DNA of 63,890 bases, filler included, from Octopus bimaculoides (Eukaryota), in the NCBI RefSeq assembly GCF_001194135.2. It is 4 parts of 4 records of this genome, joined end to end, with 100 filler letters (N's around TTAATTAATTAA, not from the genome) between each part and the next. Parts side by side here need not be neighbours in the genome. Positions count along the whole stretch, not along the records: positions 1 to 30,462 come from NC_069003.1; positions 30,563 to 55,786 come from NC_069004.1; 2 more parts are not named here. One strand, written 5' to 3'. Shown here piece by piece: positions 27,221-38,375 of the stretch. The notes beneath the pieces are model-generated. The model made no database searches, was not told where the DNA came from, and was given only the letters and a program-made list of their open reading frames with translations. A program made the position numbers and the translations under genes. Position 1 is the first letter of the stretch. Each line of letters opens with the position of its first letter.

Positions 27221-27402
27221 CGTCAGTTCGTACTCGTCATTGTTCTCGTTCTTCACTGCAAACGGCCACCAACCCTTCACTCTCTTGTGTTTGAATAATG
27301 ACATCTGGGGCACGGTTCCATCAGTTTTTAGCATGTCAAGGGTACATAATTTTGAGGATTTGGCACCTCGTGGGAAATGATTCAAGTCCAAAGTCAGGGA
27401 AC
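27221..27402 (-). CDS. OTOF: Internal exon of otoferlin-like (type II ferlin) gene, last C2 domain
   Basis: Acceptor TTTTTTTTTCATCAG and donor ACG|GTAAGC. 182 nt, phase 1 to 0, encoding (G)[60 protein letters not shown]. This closely matches otoferlin LDLNRFPRGAK...[11 protein letters not shown]...EFELT|GKVEAE. Confidence 0.93.
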
Positions 27403-27795
27403 CTGATGAAAAAAAAAAATGGCAAAAACATTAAATGAGTAGGAAAATAAACAAGGGTTATATAGCGACGAAAAATGCAATGAAGATTGAAAGAAGGGAG
27501 GAGAAAAAAACAATAATAAAAATTAGATAAAAATATGGAAAAAAAAAGAGAGAGAAAAATGTAAAATTTGAAATAGTGGGAGGCATGCATTGCTGCGTGG
27601 TTTAGAAGCTTGGTTAATAATTTCATGTTTTGGGGTTCAGTCCCATTGCTCGGTACCTTGGAGAATTTGAACTCAGAACGTGCAGATGGACAAAATACTG
27701 CTAAGCATTTTGCCCAGTGTACTACTGGTTCTGCTAGCTCACTACCTTGGAATAATAATAATATTAATAATAATAATAATAATAATAATTTATTA

Positions 27796-28220
27796 TTCAG
27801 GATGACCATGAGATAGAGAATAGGAAACCGGACATAGTCTGAATTGAAAAAGAAAACAAACTATGTTGGATCATAGATATAGCATGCCCGCAGATAACAA
27901 GGTATGTGATAAGGAAGAAAGAAAAGTCGGTAAATATAACAGGTTAGCTTGGGAGGTTAAGCAGTTGTGGTCGATGAAAAAGGTGGTAGTAGTACCAATA
28001 ATTGTTGGAGCCCTGGGAACAGTGAGCAAAAATCTTGAGAAGTACATGGAACAAATAGGGGCTGCAATAAGGGTGGAGCACTTGCAGAAAACAGCACTGC
28101 CTGGAACCGCTCGAATACTCCGGAAGGTGCTCGAAATATAAGGGGTGTTACCTTAGTTCACTGGCAGTGAACAGCTGACACCGTAGTACATCTCCAGCCT
28201 TAGAAGCTGTGCAAAGGCAA
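27796..28220 (+). mobile_element. 5'-truncated R4/Dong-like RLE non-LTR retrotransposon (second family) in a (TAA)n array
   Basis: DHEIENRKPDIV*IEKENKLCWIIDIAC (frameshift) PADNKVCDKEERKVGKYNRLAWEVKQLW...VPIIVGALG...LQKTALPGTARILRKVLEI*, i.e. the RLE motif PD...D...KxxKY. TAA repeats on both sides. Confidence 0.88.
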
Positions 28221-28255
28221 TGATAATAATAAATAATAAATAATAATAGATAATA

Positions 28256-28293
<38 letters not shown>

Positions 28294-28956
28294 TCCTTTC
28301 TACAATAGCCATAAGGCCGAAAATTTTGGGAAATGGGGCTAGTTGATTGCATTGACCCCAGTGTATAACTGGTACTTTAAGTTAGGGATCTTGTATTATA
28401 GAATCAGGGTCAGTCTCAGGTAGTTTGGGATGAAAAGGGTTGTACTATAAGTCTGCTCAATGAGGGTTTTGTCTGGGGCCAAACAATTAATACAACAGAC
28501 AAAGATAGAGAGAAGGACAAAATAGATACTAAAAGGAATATTAAAGAAAAAAAAGAAAGAGAGACAAGAGTGTAAGCTAGAAGTAAATAAACGAGATAGA
28601 ACCAAGTGAGAAAACACTAACGAAGTGGAATTAATTTGCCCCTTTGACAGGTAGGAAATTGCTTTAGATAAGAAACGGTGAATAATGACGTGGCATTATT
28701 AGAGACACTGATAAGTATATATCATCATCATCATCATCATCATCTAAATTGTGGGTGGGGGTGGGGTTGTTGACATTGTGGTTGTTGCCATCATTGGAAT
28801 CATCATCATCGTCATCTCATCTCATCATCACCACCACTATCACCATCATCACTGTCATCGTCGTTGTCATCCCTACCACCACCACCACCATCATCCTCAT
28901 CGTCGTCATCATCACCACCATCACTGTCATTGTCGATGTTGTCATCATTGGTGTTA

Positions 28957-28988
<32 letters not shown>

Positions 28989-29826
28989 NNNNNNNNNNNN
29001 NNNNNNNNNNNNNNNNNNNNNNNNNNNNNNNNNNNNNNNNNNNNNNNNNNNNNNNNNNNNNNNNNNNNNNNNNNNNNNNNNNNNNNNNNNNNNNNNNNNN
29101 NNNNNNNNNNNNNNNNNNNNNNNNNNNNNNNNNNNNNNNNNNNNNNNNNNNNNNNNNNNNNNNNNNNNNNNNNNNNNNNNNNNNNNNNNNNNNNNNNNNN
29201 NNNNNNNNNNNNNNNNNNNNNNNNNNNNNNNNNNNNNNNNNNNNNNNNNNNNNNNNNNNNNNNNNNNNNNNNNNNNNNNNNNNNNNNNNNNNNNNNNNNN
29301 NNNNNNNNNNNNNNNNNNNNNNNNNNNNNNNNNNNNNNNNNNNNNNNNNNNNNNNNNNNNNNNNNNNNNNNNNNNNNNNNNNNNNNNNNNNNNNNNNNNN
29401 NNNNNNNNNNNNNNNNNNNNNNNNNNNNNNNNNNNNNNNNNNNNNNNNNNNNNNNNNNNNNNNNNNNNNNNNNNNNNNNNNNNNNNNNNNNNNNNNNNNN
29501 NNNNNNNNNNNNNNNNNNNNNNNNNNNNNNNNNNNNNNNNNNNNNNNNNNNNNNNNNNNNNNNNNNNNNNNNNNNNNNNNNNNNNNNNCTGGAACAAAAA
29601 CAATTTTGTCAGTGAACAGGTCGCGATCTCAAAGCGACGAAAATATTTTGGTAAATTAAATTCAAATGTTGAAGTGAATCTAACGGATTTTGTGTGTTAT
29701 TTTAAATGGCTTATAAATGCCTTCCACGCTGCAATTGTTTATAATAAATTTGTACTCTACAAAAGTATGGAACAACCCATCAGATTAATGTAAAATGTTT
29801 TTATTGTAACTGAACATAAAAACAAA

Positions 29827-29866
<40 letters not shown>

Positions 29867-30595
29867 CTTCCTGGGCATTGTCGTCAGCAAAATGGTTTTT
29901 GCTGATAATGCAGAAGAAGTGGGTATATGCTATTACATAATATTGCTAACTGGCTTATGCAACAACATTCCACTTGCCAAAAGTTGTTGAAACACGTGTA
30001 TATTATATAAAGCCTAAAACACCAATTACATTTTTCTGTGATGATTATTACTATACACACACACACACACACACACACATATATGTACACACACATGCAT
30101 ATACATATGTGTATGTATCTATCAGAGAGAAAGAGATAGATGGAGAGAGATATAAATGAAAATTCTGTTCTGAAAAATGTCCTCCAAAATTCATAAATAA
30201 ATCCCTCCCTTAAAGTTCTTCTGTTGCATTTGAGGCAGTGACATGGTAGTGAAATTGGAATATGGTTGTGGTGATGGTGTGATTGCATGGGTGCGGTTGC
30301 GGGTTGTAGTGTGCTGGGTGGTTGTGGTGGTGGTGGTGGTGTTGTTAGTGGTTTTGTTGTGTTAGTTGATGAGTAATTTTTTTTTTAGGTCTAATAAAGA
30401 GAGAGAGAGAGTGGGAGGGAGTGACAGGGAGAGAGAGAGAGAGAGTGGGAGGGAGTGACAGGNNNNNNNNNNNNNNNNNNNNNNNNNNNNNNNNNNNNNN
30501 NNNNNNTTAATTAATTAANNNNNNNNNNNNNNNNNNNNNNNNNNNNNNNNNNNNNNNNNNNNATATATATATATATATATAACATATCATATCAC

Positions 30596-30646
<51 letters not shown>

Positions 30647-30894
30647 GACTTAACAGAATGTTATATATATAATATATAGGGGGTATGAGAGGTAATGGTG
30701 TCAAGAAGACCCAAAGGTGTCAGGTAATGCTGAGTAAGTGGTATGGACAGACTATAGTTGAGCTCCAGGTTCGGTGATTATGCAAATGAGGAGTTCAAAG
30801 TCGGTCATGTATTAACATGCATGTATATAAAAAATTAACAGAATGAGATAAAAATCCAAGGCTGTGAAAGATTTCAGAACATTTATAAAGAAAG

Positions 30895-30942
30895 GGTCTT
30901 ACAGCTGTTTCCGGGATATTTTATATATCCCTTCATCGGAGA
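30895..30942 (-). ncRNA. Minimal type-I hammerhead ribozyme motif (U4C variant)
   Basis: GTCT-CCGATGA-A-GGGATA-TATAAAA-TATCCC-G-GAAAC-AGCT-GTA-AGAC. Stem I GTCT/AGAC, stem II GGGATA/TATCCC, palindromic ACAGCTGT in stem/loop III, GUA cleavage triplet. Confidence 0.6.
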
Positions 30943-31093
30943 CGGTGCGAGGAAATGGTTAAGCAATAGTTATTCTAGAGAAGGTATGAAATAGAGAGTG
31001 AAGTGGGGGAATGAAACTGACGGGCATTCCTCCACTTCATTCTCTATTTTATAACTTCTGTAGAATAACTATTGCTTATCCGTTTTCTCGCAT

Positions 31094-31138
31094 CGTCTCC
31101 GATAAAAGGATATATATCCCGGAAACAGCTGTAAGACG
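31094..31138 (+). ncRNA. Hammerhead motif, second arm of the foldback (core further mutated)
   Basis: CGTCT-CCGATAA-AAGGATATATATCCCG-GAAAC-AGCT-GTA-AGACG. U4C and G8A changes. Confidence 0.45.
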
Positions 31139-31288
31139 CTTTCTTTATAAATGTTCTGAAATCTTTCACAGCCTTGGATTTTTATCTCNNNNNNNNNNNN
31201 NNNNNNNNNNNNNNNNNNNNNNNNNNNNNNNNNNNNNNNNNNNNNNNNNNNNNNNNNNNNNNNNNNNNNNNNNNNNNNNNNNNNNNNN

Positions 31289-31327
<39 letters not shown>

Positions 31328-31842
31328 AGATGTATATATATTCTTTTATTCTATGTTTCTCTCATTTCACTGTAACCATGCTGCAGCACCGCCTTTAGTC
31401 GAGCAAATCAGCCCCAGGACTTATTGTTTGTAAGCCTGGTACTTATTCTATCTCTCTTTTGCCGAACCGCTATGTTATGGAGGCGTAAACACACCAACAT
31501 CGATGTCAAGCGATGGGCGGTGGCAAACACAGACACACAAATACATATATGTGTGGTGGTGGTTTCCTTACACAATTGGCTGCTGCTAGTTATTCTCATT
31601 ACTCCTGACACTTCTACTGTCGTTGTTGTTGTTGTCATTGCTGTTGCTACTCCTTCTGCTACTGCCACTACAATTTCACGTTCTACATCTCCTCCCACTT
31701 CCCTCTCTTGTTGACTCAATGACAAAAACGACGGCAAATTTTGAAAGGAAAATTAATTTTCTCTTCGAGTGGTTTTCGCCCCGCAGGGCAAAAAAAAAAT
31801 AGCACTGCTAATCAGACCAATATGGCCTAGATTAACTTAGTC

Positions 31843-32542
31843 GGATCTATTTCAAAACGGGGGCACCAGTTTTCATTTATGTTTTATGTAGTGTTTTTGG
31901 TACGGAAAGACTTTCAAACTTCGTATATTTATCTATTTTGTGTTATAGAACAGAAAAAAATGTTTGTATTCGAATTTATTTCATGTANNNNNNNNNNNNN
32001 NNNNNNNNNNNNNNNNNNNNNNNNNNNNNNNNNNNNNNNNNNNNNNNNNNNNNNNNNNNNNNNNNNNNNNNNNNNNNNNNNNNNNNNNNNNNNNNNNNNN
32101 NNNNNNNNNNNNNNNNNNNNNNNNNNNNNNNNNNNNNNNNNNNNNNNNNNNNNNNNNNNNNNNNNNNNNNNNNNNNNNNNNNNNNNNNNNNNNNNNNNNN
32201 NNNNNNNNNNNNNNNNNNNNNNNNNNNNNNNNNNNNNNNNNNNNNNNNNNNNNNNNNNNNNNNNNNNNNNNNNNNNNNNNNNNNNNNNNNNNNNNNNNNN
32301 NNNNNNNNNNNNNNNNNNNNNNNNNNNNNNNNNNNNNNNNNNNNNNNNNNNNNNNNNNNNNNNNNNNNNNNNNNNNNNNNNNNNNNNNNNNNNNNNNNNN
32401 NNNNNNNGTACGTTTTTTTTGTTAAGAAGACTAAGAATAAAAGATGTTTTATATGACACATTCTACCAGTGTCCCAAGTTTCAAAGTGTTTCGTTAGTGT
32501 TTCGTTAAGAAAATACTGGTGCCCCTGTTTTGAAATAGATCC
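31843..32542. mobile_element. Merlin-like MITE, GGATC-ended TIRs, 8-bp TSD ACTTAGTC
   Basis: TSD at 31835-31842 and 32543-32550. TIR GGATCTATTTCAAAAC.GGGGCACCAGT. Interior partly in a gap. Confidence 0.85.
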
Positions 32543-32801
32543 ACTTAGTCTCAATAAAATGTAACAAACCAATCCTTTTAGAGGTAAACAAAACACACAC
32601 ATACAGTGCCCCGAAATACACACCCAGCTCTGGCGACAACAACAACAATAATAATAACAATAATAATAATAATCCTTTCTATCACAAGCATAAGGCCTGA
32701 AATTTGGGGAAGGGGGATAGTCGATTACATCGACCCTAGAACTCAACTGGTACTTAATCTATCGACCCCGAAAGGATGAAAGATAAAGTCGACCTCGGTG
32801 A

Positions 32802-32865
<64 letters not shown>

Positions 32866-33079
32866 TAATTGGAAAATGTGTGAGATCCTTGGTGCAGTTA
32901 AGTATATTTGAAAAAAGAGAAAGGATGGCTTCACTGGTTGATCTGATCAGTTTAATTTATTATTGTTTAATTTATTAATAATATAAATTTTAGTTAGAGC
33001 GATATGTGTGTATGTTTGTGCACGAATGTATATGTGTATATGTGTGTGTGTGCGTGCGTGTGTGTGTGGAGGGGGGGTA

Positions 33080-33225
33080 GCTGAAATTTACAGAAACGCA
33101 AAAGTCGAAGACAAGTGTATAAACAACAAGTAGGTGTATTAGTTTAATGCTCGGGAAAAAATGGAAAAGTCTTTTACGTTTCGAGCCTACGCTCTTCGTC
33201 AGAAAGGAATGAGAGAAACAGATCA
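33080..33225 (-). mobile_element. Penelope-like terminal-repeat fragment
   Basis: Homologous to 10810-10945 and, more distantly, to 35975-36075 and 57290-57410. Carries a hammerhead core. Confidence 0.65.
33171..33206 (-). ncRNA. Minimal type-I hammerhead ribozyme motif with intact catalytic core
   Basis: CTTT-CTGACGA-A-GAGC-GTAG-GCTC-GAAAC-GTA-AAAG. Stem I CTTT/AAAG, stem II GAGC/GCTC, palindromic ACGT in place of stem III, GUA triplet. Confidence 0.75.
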
Positions 33226-34622
33226 TCGTCATCAAACCACCATTGTCTTCATCTTCTTGACGTTCCTTAATTATTGAACATTTTACATCTTTAGATTCTA
33301 TTAGACCCAAATCAAAAAGGATGTTAAACTCTATCAAATCCGGGATGTATTTTCTTTTTTTTCTTTTTTGTAGTAATTTATTTATTTTATTATTAGTTCA
33401 GCCGAATGCGTCGTAGCTTTTTTAGATTTTGGTCTGCAGGAGGAAGAGATCATACTGGTTTGATAAGCCTACTCTGTCACACTTGTTCGACATGGCTTGG
33501 CAGAGAGATGCCGTTGTTATTCTCTTACTCAGAAGTAATTAAGTCAATTATATTGATCCCCAGTGTTTCACTGGTATTTAGTGGAATTTGAACACAGAAC
33601 GTAAAGATAGGCGATATATCACTAAGCATTTCGCCCGACGTGATGAGAATTCTACTTGCTTGCGGTGTAGCTTAAATTGTCTTCAGCGTTTGCCAAATCA
33701 TCTCAGACAAAGGACCCTTAAGCTTTCCTCAATGACTTACGAACTACTATTAAGCAAATTTCGTTAATTTCGTTAAAAAAAAATCCTTAAAAACAAGGGA
33801 AGTAACTCAAAAAGTTACTGCTAATGTAAGGGAGGTAACTCATACTTTTTATTTGAATTCATACTTTATCATTGAGTAGAGAATTAACGCACAGAGTTGG
33901 AACAGGCACAACACAATATACCGTCGGACGCTAAATGGAAGGAAAAACAACCAAAGTATGCTTCTAATATATTCCAACAATTTCTCCCTAATTACTAAGT
34001 GCGATGATTTTTTTTTAATGAATTATATCGCTTTATCATTGGTCTGATCGATGAAGCATGTGATCAAAAATATTCACTTGATAACCATCTTGTCGTCTTA
34101 TACATAAAGCAATACTTTTTCCGACGTATATATTTAAGATATAAAGCAGTCATAGGCAGACGGCTGCTGACGGGACTTTCTAAAAAAATTACCTTGAGTT
34201 TATTAATAGTGTTACCCACTTAATGATCATCCATGTTACGTGGGGCCCACTCCGCTTCCCGATAAAAGTTGCCTATACCTGATATAAAGGAATGGAGTGG
34301 ATGATAGAAAATTGGCTGCTATTTCCAGCAAAACAAATGACCCCATTAGTGCATAATGGTTCACTTTTAATGAGTTTTCTAAAGAATGTATGTATGTTAG
34401 TTATCTCCCTTACAATATACTACAAGATACTTTGGCGAATCCATTCACTTCTCGCCTTTGTATCACTCCGATATAAAACATTACCAAAGGCCACATTAAA
34501 TCCTTTGTATTGTATTTTCTCTCTGGTAATACGCCTTCAAAATCCGACTTGCCAGTTCCTGCATTCACTTACCTAACAAAGTCAATTTTCTCCCTTACTA
34601 ACGGCTGAAATAGACTTATACT

Positions 34623-34685
<63 letters not shown>

Positions 34686-34982
34686 NNNNNNNNNNNNNNN
34701 NNNNNNNNNNNNNNNNNNNNNNNNNNNNNNNNNNNNNNNNNNNNNNNNNNNNNNNNNNNNNNNNNNNNNNNNNNNNNNNNNNNNNNNNNNNNNNNNNNNN
34801 NNNNNNNNNNNNNNNNNNNNNNNNNNNNNNNNNNNNNNNNNNNNNNNNNNNNNNNNNNNNNNNNNNNNNNNNNNNNNNNNNNNNNNNNNNNNNNNNNNNN
34901 NNNNNNNNNNNNNNNNNNNNNNNNNNNNNNNNNNNNNNNNNNNNNNNNNNNNNNNNNNNNNNNNNNNNNNNNNNNNNGTGTA

Positions 34983-35016
<34 letters not shown>

Positions 35017-35167
35017 TGTACATACATACATACATACATACATACATACATACATACATACATAGCTATTTGTTTAAAGAGTTCACTTCGAGTTCAATTC
35101 TAAGGAGTTTTCTTCTGGTTTAGTCACGAGTCGAACACAATGCCATTTGAGCGAATTTAGTAGACAG

Positions 35168-35371
35168 TAGCTGGCCAGGGACGTGATGTTGCGTCTCTCT
35201 AGTATTCCGACGAAGGACTTGTAGTTACTTAGAAGCTGCTTGAAAGGGCCGCCTTGAAACCAACATATTTCCTACTCGGTTTCACAAGCGCCGCGTCAAG
35301 TAGCGTCTGAATAACGTCAGTTCCTCGTTTAGGATACCGAGGAGTCACAATATCACGTCCCTGGCCAGCTA
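35168..35371. mobile_element. ~200-bp foldback MITE flanked by TA
   Basis: Perfect 20-bp terminal IR TAGCTGGCCAGGGACGTGAT. Degenerate complementarity continues to GAAACC/GGTTTC near the centre. Confidence 0.8.
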
Positions 35372-35384
35372 TGAATGCATAATT

Positions 35385-35847
35385 AAATGGAGACTCCTAG
35401 AACATGTAAGCTATGCCTGGCTGAACGACTAATTTGATCTGGTGCTTTTTTTCAACTCCAAAAATGAGGTGTTTAGTCAATGCCCTCATCAGAGGAAATT
35501 CCTGTTAAAAATATTGAATTCTCCATTTGCGGACATATAAATAGTTACCTGTTTCGAAAGAAGTCGTTTTTGACACGGCTGTAAGGGAAATAACTCCACC
35601 TTACCCAAGCATGCACCGGTAAGATTTCGTTCCGAGAATTTTTTGGTTTACAAGATTAACTGAGCGTGATTTTTGCTTCCTCTAGTCGTAGAGAGCTTAT
35701 ATGCCTCAGAACATTTCAGTCTGACGAGTCGTTTATACAGCTAAGCGCTTTATAGGTGTGAAACCAATAGTCACTCTCTGACCGCCCATAACAAACAACC
35801 TTCGAACCTACTGCTTTAATGTTTTAGGATATATGGACTACTGACCG

Positions 35848-35850
<3 letters not shown>
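35385..35850 (+). mobile_element. Penelope-like element remnant: ORF C-terminus plus 3' region
   Basis: CKLCLAERLI...(frameshift)NSKNEVFSQCPHQRKFLL at 35405-35510 resembles the Cys-rich CxLCLxEK...LNxxxE....CRH PLE C-terminus. A hammerhead motif lies downstream. Confidence 0.7.
35718..35775 (+). ncRNA. Type-I hammerhead ribozyme motif with eroded stem II
   Basis: AGT-CTGACGA-GTCGTTTATA...TATAGGTGT-GAAAC-CAATA-GTC-ACT. Core and GUC triplet intact, stem I 3 bp. Confidence 0.55.
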
Positions 35851-35880
<30 letters not shown>

Positions 35881-35899
35881 TGTATGTATGTATGTATGC

Positions 35900-35952
<53 letters not shown>

Positions 35953-36606
35953 CATGTGTGTGTATGTGTGTATACACATACACTTTTCTCTTTCCGACGA
36001 ATGGCTATGCTCGAAACGTTAACAACTCTCTCCTTTCATCGAGCGTCAAATTAATATATTTCTTGTGCACGTCCTCACATACATTTTTCTTTCTAATTTT
36101 TTCCATTGTTTTTTGTTCTTTGAATTTTAACTCTCTCTATTCTTACTCTATCTCTTAATCCACTCTTACTCTCTCTTTCCGCCCTTGCTTGCCTCTCCCA
36201 TCCTGCGCACAGCCAACCTTCGCTCATTACCTCCCATTCTAATGGCTGTAAGCGTCCTAAGCAGGGAATCCCCTACGGCCGACCTCGACTAGGAAAAGCC
36301 ATACCTGCCATCCTTTCTCCCTGCAACCCTGCAGAAGACTCTCATATCTAGCACGCTTCCATTCATGGGCCTCATTAAACCCCTCTTCTCACGGGACTCT
36401 TAGTTCAACTACGATAATTTTCTTGGCCTTTACAGACCACAGGAGCACATCTGGCCTCAGGGTTGTATTAACAACCTGGCGAAACTGCGATCTCTCCCCT
36501 AAGTCCACTTGCATATCCTTTGGTTGAGATCCTTGCAGCAAGCTATGTATTGCTTTTGCTAACTATATTGGTTTCTCTCCTTCTTTCACGAACTTAATTA
36601 CTGCTA

Positions 36607-37095
36607 TTGCCTTCTATTGGTGATGATGTTTCTTGCGCCTTTCCTGTTCCAGGTTATGAGCAATCGTTGCAAGCACCCTATAATGGCACCATTTCTATCT
36701 GCCTTGTGAAAGTGCTATTCTGCACCCTGTCAAGATGTGTGCCAGAATGCTCCTTTCTCCACAAAGTCTATACAGTTGGTCTTCCCTCAAACCCCATCTG
36801 TGCAAATTTGTTGGCATCGGGAGTGTGTCATACACCACTCCCAGCAGGAGGAGATGCAAAAAGATTCCACCCTCCACAGGTCAGTCCATGTGAGCTTCCT
36901 CTTAGGGAAATCTCATTTAGTCCTTGCACCCTGAGATACCAACTCCACAACTCTTGATTTCCTTTTATCTTCCTCCTGGTACCGCGCCGCTTCTTGGGCC
37001 ATAGCCCACTTCTCCCTGGTGTCTGCTTTCATCCATTGTTGGAAATCGGAAGCCTCAAGACCCTGGCGACCCCTGTAGCTCCAATGATGCCGCGT
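36607..37095 (-). mobile_element. HERO-clade RLE non-LTR retrotransposon fragment
   Basis: GRQGL...QQWMKAD...SQGARTK*DFPKRKLTWTDLW...VYDTLPMPTNLHRWGLREDQLYRLCGERSILAHILTGCRIALSQGR*KWCH, the typical CCHC-knuckle region before the RLE. Contains stops and frameshifts. Confidence 0.8.
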
Positions 37096-37135
37096 ACAGA
37101 CATACAGACAGACAGACAGACAGAGAAGAATGACT

Positions 37136-37187
<52 letters not shown>

Positions 37188-37596
37188 TTATATAGATATC
37201 TATTATGTCAGTTACTATGACCTTTACAAATTTTGGAAATCTACTAAGTTTATTTACCTTTCTAGAAATTTCGGAAATGTGAGAAGTACCATAAACTTGA
37301 CATGTATAATCAGCAACCTATATAGGTGTGTGTAAGGTGACTTTTATAAGCAGGTAGTAAAAAGGTTGGTTTTGGTGGAAGGTGGATAGATAGGTATGTA
37401 GCTATCTTGAAACTTGTTGTAGGCATTTACTACATAACTAAAATACCAGCAGAGCATGGCCAATGAATAAATATCAGAGGGTTTCGTGTTAATTTTCATC
37501 TTTCATCTTTTACTCGTTTGAATCATTAGAATACGGCCATACTGGGCCGAATCAATTAATCCTATTTCTTTGCTATTTCTTTTAAGCTTGGTACTT

Positions 37597-37627
<31 letters not shown>

Positions 37628-37965
37628 NNNNNNNNNNNNNNNNNNNNNNNNNNNNNNNNNNNNNNNNNNNNNNNNNNNNNNNNNNNNNNNNNNNNNNNNN
37701 NNNNNNNNNNNNNNNNNNNNNNNNNNNNNNNNNNNNNNNNNNNNNNNNNNNNNNNNNNNNNNNNNNNNNNNNNNNNNNNNNNNNNNNNNNNNNNNNNNNN
37801 NNNNNNNNNNNNNNNNNNNNNNNNNNNNNNNNNNNNNNNNNNNNNNNNNNNNNNNNNNNNNNNNNNNNNNNNNNNNNNNNNNNNNNNNNNNNNNNNNNNN
37901 NNNNNNNNNNNNNNNNNNNNNNNNNNNNNNNNNNNNNNNNNNNNNNNNNNNNNNNNNNNNNNNNN

Positions 37966-37997
<32 letters not shown>

Positions 37998-38375
37998 AAA
38001 CAAGTAGAAGAAAACGGAGAATAATTGGATGTAATTACTGATTTATTTGCATGTTGTAGAAAGATGTCATTTAAAAAAAAAAACATTCCAAATAAATTGG
38101 AAGTTGAAAGCTCAAAAAGGTTAAGAAAATAAAACCTAAGAGGAACCTACATATATGTTTCTGTCAAAACCAATAAGTAAATAGGAGTTTCCAAACATGT
38201 TTAATGTCAAGAAAATTGCCACATTCATACTATTTTATGGTTGGACTTCTTCAGGGTTCAAAAAGAACTAACTCCACTTAGATAATCATTATATCTTTTT
38301 GGAAGTGTGTAGTGATAACAGGTTAAAGTTAGAATATGTTTAGAGATTCTATTTGACTGGTTGGTTTTCAATATT

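Larger units (their letters stand above)
30845..31188. repeat. ~345-bp foldback (arms 30845-31013 and 31025-31188) made of two inverted Penelope-like terminal repeats
   Basis: Arms are reverse complements (GAGATAAAATCCAAGGCTGTGAAAGATTTCAGAACATTTATAAAGAAAG ... CTTTCTTTATAAATGTTCTGAAATCTTTCACAGCCTTGGATTTTTATCTC), with an 11-nt loop. Confidence 0.9.

Noticed and set aside
30507-30518. TTAATTAATTAA islands inside N runs (also 55831-55842 and 62826-62837)
   Set aside because: An identical 12-mer flanked by similar-length N runs, with stops in all six frames, indicates a scaffolding spacer rather than biology.
34573-34604. 32-nt minus-strand micro-exon candidate PLVREKIDFV with CAG/GTAAGT
   Set aside because: Does not match the ferlin sequence expected before GSLTLDL (…DDFL|G), and is too short to support otherwise.
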